This document shows positions 19,832-28,235 of a stretch of 64,000 nt of DNA, piece by piece. Position 1 is the first letter of the stretch. Each line of letters begins with the position of its first letter. The stretch comes from Candidatus Gastranaerophilales bacterium (GTDB taxonomy: Bacteria > Cyanobacteriota > Vampirovibrionia > Gastranaerophilales > Gastranaerophilaceae). The notes under the pieces are model-generated. The model did no database searches. It worked only from the letters and a program-made list of their open reading frames with translations, and was not told the DNA's origin. The stretch spans positions 15,062 through 79,061 of the forward strand of contig CALUUJ010000004.1 of the NCBI GenBank assembly GCA_944323935.1, in the 5' to 3' direction. The position numbers and the translations under genes were made by a program.

Positions 19832-21342
19832 TTTTTTAATACATATGAAATTAAACTTTTTACAGTTTTTATATTTCCACTTTGTTTTAAAGTCTTAATT
19901 TTTTCTGATTGATTATTAGCAGTACTTGATTTGTCTTTTTCAGATTGCTGTCTTTGAGCCAGTTTTGCATTTCGATCACATCTTTCTTTTAAAGTTTTTA
20001 GGAAATTGAAATCAAGCTCATTTGGAACTTTTCCCTCAAAACCCAGCGCATTTATTGTAAGAAAAGTTTTTTCTCGTTTTGAATGAGGAGGGATTCTACG
20101 TTGAGCTAAATATAAAGCATATGTATAAGCTTCAAATGCATCTTTTGTTTCATCATTATAATAAGTTTTAAAGTGTGTTTTGAATGGCTTATATTCAGCA
20201 CGTATGGCGTTTTTATCATCTTTTAATTTATAGCATAGGTCTTCTATATCTTTTAATTGTTCAACATCGGAACCAATTATTTGGATTTCACCGCTATATC
20301 CATCAAAGACCCCATTATAGCAAGAGAAAATTGGATTTGATAAATCAACATTTATATGAATTGCCATATATCCTGATTGAGATTTATTTCTTATTAATTC
20401 TGCACTTGCTGCTTTCGCAAGGGTCCTTAATTGCGAATCATTGGCATAAGCATAATCAGAAATATCTGTACCTTTAGGAAGTTTTTTGGGATCAGGAAGG
20501 TTGTTTTCTATCGATGTTATTCTAAGAACACCATCGTTGACTGCTTGTTTTAGCGCTGCAAGTACAAATCCTGTATATTTAGGATCGGATTCTTTCATTG
20601 TAATTCTGGCTCCAATTATATCATTAGCATAATGTTTAACACCATTTATACTTGTTGGTTGAATATATACAGAGCCCTCACAATGAGGTGATTTCGGCAT
20701 TTCTTCAAGACTATCTGCTATTTTAGAAAAGATTTGTTTCTTTTTTTCATCAGAATAATCAGAAAACGTTAAACGATTTTTCTTTTCAAGTTCAGACGCA
20801 ATACTGTAAAAATAATAAGAAGAAAATTCACCTGGGGGAACAGCCTTCGCCAAACATTTTTTAGCTTCAAGTAAAATTTGTTCTTTTGTGATGCCGTTTT
20901 GAAGTTTAAAATATTTTAAAAGTTCTGATACAACTCTACTTGCAAACTCATTTGCTTCCATACTATATATTTTGGAATACTTGGAAATTACTTTTTCTCT
21001 AATACTAGTAGATTTTTTAATTCTTGTAGTATATTCCAAAACAGGAAATTTTTTAGAATCTGAAGCTGAATTAATTTGTTTTAAAGGTTTTAAGTATTTA
21101 TCCAGAACTAATTCCAAGTAGTAACGTGCAGGTTCAGCATTTATTTCTGCCTGTTTGCAAGTTCTTTCTGTAGGTGCATCTACCATATTTTCTGATAAAA
21201 GTTTTCCTCTTCCGGAAAATGATACAGTATCTTTTTGTAAAGGAACCAAGTTTGGGTATCTAAAAGAAGGCTGTCTATTTTTTGCAGTCAATGGATTAAG
21301 TAGATTAAATTTATTTATATTTATCAACATAATTTTAAACAT
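19828..21342 (-). CDS. RelA/SpoT-fold (small alarmone synthetase-like) nucleotidyl/pyrophosphotransferase with long N- and C-terminal extensions
   Basis: Has synthetase-domain motifs in order: TTRIKKSTSIREK (RxKxxxSxxxK), NDIIGARIT (DxxGxR), SGYMAIHIN (GYxxxH) and GEIQIIGSD in place of the canonical EIQIRT. The exact start (M1 or M5) is uncertain. Confidence 0.7.
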   Translation of the reverse strand: MFKIMLININKFNLLNPLTAKNRQPSFRYPNLVPLQKDTVSFSGRGKLLSENMVDAPTERTCKQAEINAEPARYYLELVLDKYLKPLKQINSASDSKKFPVLEYTTRIKKSTSIREKVISKYSKIYSMEANEFASRVVSELLKYFKLQNGITKEQILLEAKKCLAKAVPPGEFSSYYFYSIASELEKKNRLTFSDYSDEKKKQIFSKIADSLEEMPKSPHCEGSVYIQPTSINGVKHYANDIIGARITMKESDPKYTGFVLAALKQAVNDGVLRITSIENNLPDPKKLPKGTDISDYAYANDSQLRTLAKAASAELIRNKSQSGYMAIHINVDLSNPIFSCYNGVFDGYSGEIQIIGSDVEQLKDIEDLCYKLKDDKNAIRAEYKPFKTHFKTYYNDETKDAFEAYTYALYLAQRRIPPHSKREKTFLTINALGFEGKVPNELDFNFLKTLKERCDRNAKLAQRQQSEKDKSSTANNQSEKIKTLKQSGNIKTVKSLISYVLKN

Positions 21343-21402
21343 ATAAAAACATAATAAAAAATTTTTTTACTATATACAAAATAATATTTACAGAAATTTA
21401 AA

Positions 21403-22488
21403 CTATCTTACTATTTTTGACAAACCTTCTGGTTTATCAACATCGCGGCCTAAAATTACAGCTGATTCAAATGCAATTAGCTGTAATATAATCAAAGTTG
21501 AGAATAAAAAGTCAATATCAGTGGATGCTGGTATTGAAATAATAATATTTTTACCAATATTTGGAAGAGGAAACGCAGAAATTATGAGAGAATCAGTTTT
21601 ATAATCTGTATTAATTTTATTAAGGACATCCAATGTAAATTGGATATTATGATTATTTACTATAGATATTACTGCGCATTTTTTATTTAGTATGGCAATA
21701 TGACCATGTAAAAACTCGCCTGTAGGGTAAGCAGTTGTATTAATATAAGAAGTTTCTTTTATTTTTAATGCTCCTTCTTTAGCTAGCGGATAAAACATGC
21801 CGGATGCAAGAATTGCAGCATTTTCATAATCAGATAAAATTTTAGAATAATGTCTGATTTCATCTCTTTTTGAAAGAGTTTCTTTTATGTACTCAGGAAC
21901 ACTGAGCAATTCTTCTACAAAAGTACGAGCCGGAAGTTCTTTTTGCTGCATAATTTTTGCGGCAATTAAGAATAAGCAATATAATTGTGCACTCATAGCC
22001 TTTGTTGAAGCAATAGATTTTTCAACGCCGGCATAAGTTAATATTTTATACTTAGTATTATTGTATAAAGTAGAGCCTTTTGTATTCGTGACAGAAAGAG
22101 TTTTATCTGTTTTAATTTTAATTTTTTCTAAAGCTTTGTTTGTATCAGCAGTTTCTCCGGATTGTGATATAAAAATGTATAAAGTATTACTATCAACATC
22201 AAAACTTTCTGCAAGTGAGACTTCACTTGCATAATATGACTGAGCATCACAGTGTACTTTTTCTCTTAAAAAATTTGCAGCAATTGTTGCACTATGGTAT
22301 GATGAGCCACTGGCAACAAGTGCTATTTTAGATGTATTTTCAGGTATTTCAATATTTATAGAATAATCTTTTTTTACATATTTTCTTATTAAATCAAATA
22401 TAATATCTGATTGTTGAAATATTTCTTTTTTCATATTAGACTTTTTAATTTTAAAAAAGCTCGTGATAAATTTCTTCAAAATATTCAT
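21403..22488 (-). CDS. Double-SIS-domain sugar-phosphate isomerase/deaminase (GlmS isomerase half only; AgaS/GlmD/FrlB-like)
   Basis: Has SGSSYHSA and ISQSGETADT motifs, a second SIS repeat and a GlmS-like C-terminus (DKPEGLSKIV). There is no N-terminal glutaminase domain. The start could instead be the ATG at 22434. Confidence 0.7.
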   Translation of the reverse strand: MNILKKFITSFFKIKKSNMKKEIFQQSDIIFDLIRKYVKKDYSINIEIPENTSKIALVASGSSYHSATIAANFLREKVHCDAQSYYASEVSLAESFDVDSNTLYIFISQSGETADTNKALEKIKIKTDKTLSVTNTKGSTLYNNTKYKILTYAGVEKSIASTKAMSAQLYCLFLIAAKIMQQKELPARTFVEELLSVPEYIKETLSKRDEIRHYSKILSDYENAAILASGMFYPLAKEGALKIKETSYINTTAYPTGEFLHGHIAILNKKCAVISIVNNHNIQFTLDVLNKINTDYKTDSLIISAFPLPNIGKNIIISIPASTDIDFLFSTLIILQLIAFESAVILGRDVDKPEGLSKIVR

Positions 22489-22528
22489 ATTTCTCTTCCA
22501 ATTAAACGCTAAAGTTTTATTTATCGTA

Positions 22529-24028
22529 TTAGTAAAATTTAGGCTTATAGTCCTTTAAGACATTTTTTGGAGATATAAGACCAATGTCAAACAACAATTT
22601 TGTCTGAGCCTTATTATATTCTATCATATTTTTAATCAAATTTATGTTTGCTTTAACTTTTAGATTTTGAGACGAAATTACATCAATAAATGTAGCTTCA
22701 CCAGCTTTCATATTAGCTAAAGATAAGTCTAAACTGACATTTGCTGTTTCTACTTCAACTTTTGAAGCTTCTATTTTTTTTATTGCGTTTAGGGAGTCGT
22801 AGTATGAATTTAGAATATCTTCTTTTATATTTCTTTTTAGGTTAATCAGTTCAAGTTTTTTTTGTTTGACGACTGCTGAATCAGCTTTTATCTGAGTAAT
22901 TGTACCAAGCAGCATATTTTTACCAAGGGAAGCTCTGACATCTAGAGTTATTCTATTATTTGGATACATGCCTGCTCTTTTAGTACCAACATAACCATTT
23001 TGATAAGACATAGTAATTGCAGGTATTATATCCGTATAGTTTGAACTTCTTTGTGCTCTATAAGCGTTTATTTCTGCCTCTTTTGCTTTTATATCTTCTC
23101 TTGCTTTCAGTGCAATTTCATATAAATCTTCTATATCAATATTAGAGTCTATTAGTTCTCTGCTATCTACTTCGAATTCAAACGGATATACAGCTGATAA
23201 GATATCGATACCAAGTATATTTGCAAGATTTGCTTGTGACAACCTTAATGAGTTAAGCGTTGTTGTATATTCAAGCTGAGCGCCAGCCAGTTCTGCTTGT
23301 GCTCTTTTTACATCATATAATGTGCCTAATCCTGCATCGAACCGTGCTTGAGTGTACTTTAGTTGTTCTAATCTATCATATAAATTAACCTTCTGTACTT
23401 CAATCTCCATCTTCATACCCAATACATCATAATATGCTAAGACAGTATTAAGTAGAATTTCATCTTTCGTATACTCTAAAGAATATGAAGACGATTTTAA
23501 TAAATTTTTTGTTTGTGCTAAATAGAAAAAATATTTCCCTTGATTAATAGTAGACCATTCAACACCAAATATACTTTGAATAGGTACTTCGTGAACTGTT
23601 GTTGCAAGTATGCCGCCAACAAGAAAACTTCCACCTAAGTTGCTTATATTAAAATTATAATAAGCATCTGGTAATAGCTGGAAATATGCGTTTTTATTTA
23701 TCCAAAATGACTCAAGTCTATTAGCATCACTAATTTGTATTTCATAGTTTTTATCTAATGCAATTTTTATACACTCTTCTAAATCTGTATATATAAAAGG
23801 AGAATTTAATTCTTCTGATATTTCCTTATCTAAAATCATTTGTTTTTCTATATCAGAGATAGAAGCATTGCCTTTTATAAATTCTGAAAAAGATTTATAA
23901 CTTTCATTTTCACTACATTGCTTTGCGTAAGAATCAATGTACTCGGCAACATTTGCGGATGCTGAGATTTGAAGAACTAAGATAAAAAACAATAATAACA
24001 AAATCCTCATAAAAAGATTATGTTTCAT
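22529..24028 (-). CDS. TolC-family outer membrane efflux protein
   Basis: Has a signal peptide (LLLLFFILVLQISASA) and two internal repeats of OEP-type coiled-coil/beta segments (LEYTKDEILLNTVLAYYDVL..., YDVKRAQAELAGAQLEY). Confidence 0.8.
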   Translation of the reverse strand: MKHNLFMRILLLLFFILVLQISASANVAEYIDSYAKQCSENESYKSFSEFIKGNASISDIEKQMILDKEISEELNSPFIYTDLEECIKIALDKNYEIQISDANRLESFWINKNAYFQLLPDAYYNFNISNLGGSFLVGGILATTVHEVPIQSIFGVEWSTINQGKYFFYLAQTKNLLKSSSYSLEYTKDEILLNTVLAYYDVLGMKMEIEVQKVNLYDRLEQLKYTQARFDAGLGTLYDVKRAQAELAGAQLEYTTTLNSLRLSQANLANILGIDILSAVYPFEFEVDSRELIDSNIDIEDLYEIALKAREDIKAKEAEINAYRAQRSSNYTDIIPAITMSYQNGYVGTKRAGMYPNNRITLDVRASLGKNMLLGTITQIKADSAVVKQKKLELINLKRNIKEDILNSYYDSLNAIKKIEASKVEVETANVSLDLSLANMKAGEATFIDVISSQNLKVKANINLIKNMIEYNKAQTKLLFDIGLISPKNVLKDYKPKFY

Positions 24029-24071
24029 TTTAATAAAAAATTATCTTAGTCTATATTCCAGTACAATATGG

Positions 24072-25010
24072 CTATTTGTTTTCCATCTTTTTGACTCTGA
24101 CTTGAACATCTTCTATGAGTTTTCTGTTTATAGCTAATAAATCAGACAAAACGCCAAAAATAATTATTTGTATACCTGTAATTACGAGAATTGAAGAAAT
24201 AATCAAAGATTGAATATGTCCATTTCCATCATCCAATACGTATAGAAACAAAAATCTGGAAAGTAATATAAGACCAACCAAAGAGATAAAAGAACCAATT
24301 GCGGCAAAAAACCTAAAAGGTCTATAAATAATAAACATTCTTAGTATTGTAAAGGAATTTTTTTGAACATAAGTAAATATATTTTTAACTAATCGTGATT
24401 TTCGATAACACGAATTAACTCTAATAGGAACAGATAATATGTGTAAGCCCTTTATTTTTGATTGAATAACTGTTTCAATTGTATAAGTATAATTATCAAA
24501 CACATTTATTGATAAGGCAGCATCCCTAGAAAAAGCTCTAAATCCACTTGGAGCATCATCTGTTGCTGTTGAACTTAACAATCTCACAACCTTTGACCCC
24601 AGAAACTGTAAAAACTTTTTAAAAAGAGAAAATTCTTTTATTTGTTTAATCGGGCGAGTACCAATAACAATATCAGCCTTTTTTTCTATGATAGGTCTTA
24701 CGAGTTTTTCGATATCATCAGCACAATATTGATTATCAGCATCAGTATTAACTATTATATCTGCACCTTCTGAAAGTGCACGTTGAAGACCAGATAAGAA
24801 TGTTTTTGCTAAACCTCTATGATGAGTTGACGTAACAATATGATTAACACCATATGATTTTGCTATTTCAATTGTTCTATCTGTACTGCCATCATCGGAA
24901 ATTAATACTTCAATCTCATCAATACCATCAATATGCTTTGGCAATTGAGATAATGTAACCGGTAATGCAACTTCTTCATTATAACAAGGTATTTGAATTA
25001 TTAATTTCAT
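24072..25010 (-). CDS. GT2 polyprenyl-phosphate sugar synthase-like glycosyltransferase (DPM1/ArnC-like) with C-terminal TM helices
   Basis: Has IQIPCYNEE, ISDDGSTDRT and NTDADNQY motifs plus two C-terminal hydrophobic helices. The start is set at ATG 25010 (MKLIIQ), which has a GGAGAG SD. The upstream 17 codons in the ORF track lack support. Confidence 0.8.
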   Translation of the reverse strand: MKLIIQIPCYNEEVALPVTLSQLPKHIDGIDEIEVLISDDGSTDRTIEIAKSYGVNHIVTSTHHRGLAKTFLSGLQRALSEGADIIVNTDADNQYCADDIEKLVRPIIEKKADIVIGTRPIKQIKEFSLFKKFLQFLGSKVVRLLSSTATDDAPSGFRAFSRDAALSINVFDNYTYTIETVIQSKIKGLHILSVPIRVNSCYRKSRLVKNIFTYVQKNSFTILRMFIIYRPFRFFAAIGSFISLVGLILLSRFLFLYVLDDGNGHIQSLIISSILVITGIQIIIFGVLSDLLAINRKLIEDVQVRVKKMENK

Positions 25011-25052
25011 ACTCTCCAAACAGATATATGATAAAATTATATAACAATATAC

Positions 25053-26762
25053 ATGAAACAAAAAATAAGAATGAAAAACAATACTTTTTTTAAACTATTT
25101 ATTATTTTTTTAATTGCATTTTTATTAAGATTTTGGTTTTTAGAGAAACCGGAAGGTCTATGGAATGATGAATATGTCAGCTGGTTTATTGCCTCTCAAA
25201 ATTCTTTTAGCGATTTTCTTACAGAAATGTTTCGTAATTGTCATGCACCACTATATTATATTTATTTAAAATTATGGATGTTTTTATTTAACGACTCTGA
25301 CATTTCTTTAAGAATATCTTCTGTAATTCCATCTTTATTAACTGTAATAGTAATGTTTCTAATTGGCAAAGAGGTAAAAAATATAAAATTAGGTTTATTA
25401 TGCTGTTTTTTTACAGCAATAAATTCTTTTAATATATACTTTGCACAAGAAGTAAGACTATATAGTTTACTTATTCTTTTTAGTTCATTATCATTATTAT
25501 TTTTTATACATCTTGAAAAGAAACAAAATACCCAAAATTATATTTTATTTTTTATAATTAATGCATTAATATGCGCAACACATACACTGGGAATAATTTT
25601 CTCTTTCTTTAATATTTCAACATTATTTTTTCTATTACATAGAGAAAATAAAATTTTTATAAAAAAATCTCAAAATATTATTTCATTAATTAAGTATATA
25701 TCACCATTTATATTTGTAGTTCTTCTTATTTCGCCTTTTTTATTTACGGTTGCATTTTCAAATTCGTTGTCTCAGTTTTGGTCTGATTTCTCAATTTCAA
25801 AAATAATTTTTAATTTTATAGATTATTTTTCACCAATACAGACTAATATTGTCAATGTACCGGACACAATTTTTGCATATATTATCAAAGATAATAAAAT
25901 AAATTACATATTTATTTTATTTGCAATTGTTCCTGCATTGATAGCTTTAATTGGTATTATTAGAGGTATAAAAGAAAAAAATATAGCGATAAATTATTAT
26001 TTAATATCTTCAGCACTATATTTTCTAACATTAATAATATTGTCTATTCTAGGTAAGATAATACTTATAACTAAATACAGCTGTGAAGTATATCCAATTT
26101 TAATTTTGGTATTTGCACTTGGTTTATTTTCTATAAAAAAGGAAGTAATTAAAAAAAGTTTTGTAGTAATTTTTATTATAATTAACATATTTTACCTAAT
26201 TACATCATTGGATTCTGCGCCAAGAAGAACAAGAAGTGAGGGGCATTTAGCAGTCGTCAAGCTATTAGAAAATTCAAGACTAAAGAATAACGATTTTGTT
26301 ATACTCACATATTATGATAAAGATAAATTTGAAAGATATTTAAATAAAAATATCAATTACAATTTTTACTCAATAAATAAATTCAATTTTAACTATTTTA
26401 TGTTTAACAATAATGATTATTATGAAACAATACATCACGGCAAAACTATATATAGAAATTATTTTAAGGAATTTCCAAATAAAATTGTTATAAAATATGT
26501 AAATGACAACTTTATTTCAAAAATGAAAAAAGGTGACAGAATTGGTATTATATTTTTAAATACAGTTTCTTTTTTATCAAATGATAAAATTCAAAATATT
26601 ATTAAGGATAATAAAGAATATGAAAGAACTCCATTTATTTTTCTAACATTTTCAGCATTAAAAAATAGTTTGTTATACTCATTTAAAGACAAATATAAAA
26701 TAGACAGTATAACTCAAGCAGGTGATTGGACATTATTTGTATTTAAAAAAATTGAAAACTAG
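25053..26762 (+). CDS. GT-C fold glycosyltransferase, ArnT/PMT (GT39/GT83)-like integral membrane protein
   Basis: Has more than 10 predicted TM helices and the characteristic first-loop motif (LRFWFLEKPEGLWNDEYVSW, with D/E in loop 1), followed by a soluble C-terminal domain. It is divergent from the GT2 gene. Confidence 0.7.
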   Translation: MKQKIRMKNNTFFKLFIIFLIAFLLRFWFLEKPEGLWNDEYVSWFIASQNSFSDFLTEMFRNCHAPLYYIYLKLWMFLFNDSDISLRISSVIPSLLTVIVMFLIGKEVKNIKLGLLCCFFTAINSFNIYFAQEVRLYSLLILFSSLSLLFFIHLEKKQNTQNYILFFIINALICATHTLGIIFSFFNISTLFFLLHRENKIFIKKSQNIISLIKYISPFIFVVLLISPFLFTVAFSNSLSQFWSDFSISKIIFNFIDYFSPIQTNIVNVPDTIFAYIIKDNKINYIFILFAIVPALIALIGIIRGIKEKNIAINYYLISSALYFLTLIILSILGKIILITKYSCEVYPILILVFALGLFSIKKEVIKKSFVVIFIIINIFYLITSLDSAPRRTRSEGHLAVVKLLENSRLKNNDFVILTYYDKDKFERYLNKNINYNFYSINKFNFNYFMFNNNDYYETIHHGKTIYRNYFKEFPNKIVIKYVNDNFISKMKKGDRIGIIFLNTVSFLSNDKIQNIIKDNKEYERTPFIFLTFSALKNSLLYSFKDKYKIDSITQAGDWTLFVFKKIEN

Positions 26763-27007
26763 TAAGATCTAATTTTATTTTTAAATAAAAACTGTCGGAA
26801 TATTATTTTGTTTTATGAAATCGAATTCGATGAAAAAAGAAGAAAAGAAGTAACACAAGATTAAAATTCAGTGGATTATATAATGAGCGACGAGAATAAG
26901 AATATAGAAAATAAACAAGAAGAAAATCAAAATAGACAAGAATGCAATAAAAGCTGGTGGGAAAATGTTGAGTTAAAACCCAACCTAAAATATTTTATAA
27001 CAAAAAA

Positions 27008-27601
27008 TTATATTGTTAAATCTGCTTGTTTTTCAACATATCCATTATTTTTTGTTGTGTAATTATTATATATAATTCTTTTTAATCTTCCTTCATCGTT
27101 CATTTCAAACCTTAAATACGTATCCGGTTTATAGATTGTATCCCCGTCTTCAACCATAGCAAGCATTTTTTTATCACGCCTTAAAAGAATATTTTGTCTG
27201 TATATTCTGTGCAAAGATTCGCTTTCAAGCTCTACTTGTTCTGATAAAGGCATTGAACTGTTTGCGCCTTTTGAATATCTTGCTTCTAATTCTTCCATTT
27301 CTTTTCTTGCTTCTTCGTTTATTTTTCTTGCCTTTTTAGCTTCTTCACCTGTAAAAATATAAGGGTAGCCTTCTATTCTTCTTGCATATATTCCTGTTTT
27401 GTTGTCGTAATCGCCCAATTGCGCACGAAGAAAGCTTCCAATTTTTCTTGATGTCTCTTTGTCATAAATTGAAGAATTATATCCTTTTTTCATTGTGTTT
27501 ATAACTTCCATGGTTGAAGGATCAACTTTGTGGTCTTTATAATTTGTGTAAGGGTTTGTTGTTGAATCTATTTTTATTGCTCTTTGAAATGATATTTCCA
27601 T
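27008..27601 (-). CDS. Hypothetical protein (197 aa), no recognisable family
   Basis: Is a long ORF with coding-like composition. The start is set at ATG 27601 (MEISFQRAIK), preceded by a purine-rich GAGAGAGA. The 73-codon N-terminal extension in the ORF track is hydrophobic/low-complexity and unsupported. Confidence 0.55.
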   Translation of the reverse strand: MEISFQRAIKIDSTTNPYTNYKDHKVDPSTMEVINTMKKGYNSSIYDKETSRKIGSFLRAQLGDYDNKTGIYARRIEGYPYIFTGEEAKKARKINEEARKEMEELEARYSKGANSSMPLSEQVELESESLHRIYRQNILLRRDKKMLAMVEDGDTIYKPDTYLRFEMNDEGRLKRIIYNNYTTKNNGYVEKQADLTI

Positions 27602-27950
27602 TTTTTCTCTCTCTTTTTTCTTGTTTAAAACTTGTAAATAAATTATTTGAATAAAACTTAACTTTACTATAAACTTATTTGAAAGTCTATAGGTTGGGTT
27701 TGAGTGCTTTTTCCAAAATCTTTGATTTTGTGAAAAATGTCTGGTTTCCCATAACCCAACAGAAACAATAAAAATAGAAGAAAAAAGAATTTTAAATAGA
27801 TACCATCGTATTATTTCCAAACCATATACATATGATAATTCAACAACAAAACTAATCAGCGGTTGGTATTTCGTTCATTATACTTAAACTATATTTTTAA
27901 TAATATATTAAAAGTATAAAACACAACCAAGTAGTAAAATAAAGCAAAAT

Positions 27951-27988
27951 ATAAAATAGATACTTTAATAATAAAGTATCTATTTTAT
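27951..27988 (-). terminator. Hairpin downstream of tRNA-Ser (probable intrinsic terminator)
   Basis: Has a perfect 17-bp inverted repeat, ataaaatagatacttta (27951-27967) with taaagtatctattttat (27972-27988), and a 4-nt loop. It lies 28 nt past the tRNA 3' end. Confidence 0.55.
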
Positions 27989-28016
27989 ATTTAAAATATT
28001 TATATAATATACAAAA

Positions 28017-28106
28017 CGGAGAAGGTGGGATTCGAACCCACGGTGCAGATTACTCCACACAACACCTTAGCAGGGTGCCGCCTTAAACCTACTCGGCCAC
28101 TTCTCC
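28017..28106 (-). tRNA. tRNA-Ser (anticodon GCU), type II with long variable arm, CCA not encoded
   Basis: The reverse complement folds as acceptor GGAGAAG/CTTCTCC+G, D-arm GCCGAG..., anticodon stem-loop GCACC-CTGCTAA-GGTGT, a long variable arm, and T-arm GTGGG-TTCGAAT-CCCAC. Confidence 0.93.
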
Positions 28107-28120
28107 AAGACGCTATAACA

Positions 28121-28149
28121 ATATTATCAAAAGATAATATTTTATTCAA
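28121..28149 (-). promoter_or_regulatory. Candidate sigma70-type promoter for tRNA-Ser
   Basis: Read on the minus strand it is TTGAAT (28149-28144), a 17-nt spacer, then TAATAT (28126-28121). It lies about 14 nt upstream of the mature tRNA 5' end. The AT-rich background makes chance matches likely. Confidence 0.35.
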
Positions 28150-28235
28150 GTATTAAAAATCCTAAATTTCTTGTATTTACAATAACAAAAAATATTTTGT
28201 TTATTTTTTATCCATTCTGTAAGAGGATTTTTAAA

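Noticed and set aside
19828-21342. RelA/SpoT-like gene as a toxSAS toxin-antitoxin module.
   Set aside because: There is no small co-oriented neighbour that could serve as an antitoxin. The flanking genes are a 361-aa SIS enzyme and a convergent membrane protein. The possibility of an intramolecular or unlinked antitoxin remains open, so this is downgraded rather than excluded.
26871-27062. 63-aa ORF (MDYIMSDENKNIENKQ...) in the spacer after the GT-C gene.
   Set aside because: Has a non-canonical GTG start and no convincing SD. It overlaps the 3' end of the convergent 197-aa gene by 55 nt, and its C-terminal half is just the antisense of that gene. A very short real peptide (MSDENK...) cannot be excluded, but nothing supports it.
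27602-27820. N-terminal extensions of ORF-track models: 27602..27820, 13167..13211, 25011..25061, 35262..35312, 60749..60796, 39105..39149, 28197..28235 and 30618..30635.
   Set aside because: In each case an internal start codon has a well-spaced Shine-Dalgarno sequence and/or matches the known family N-terminus. The extension is hydrophobic or low-complexity and lacks an SD.
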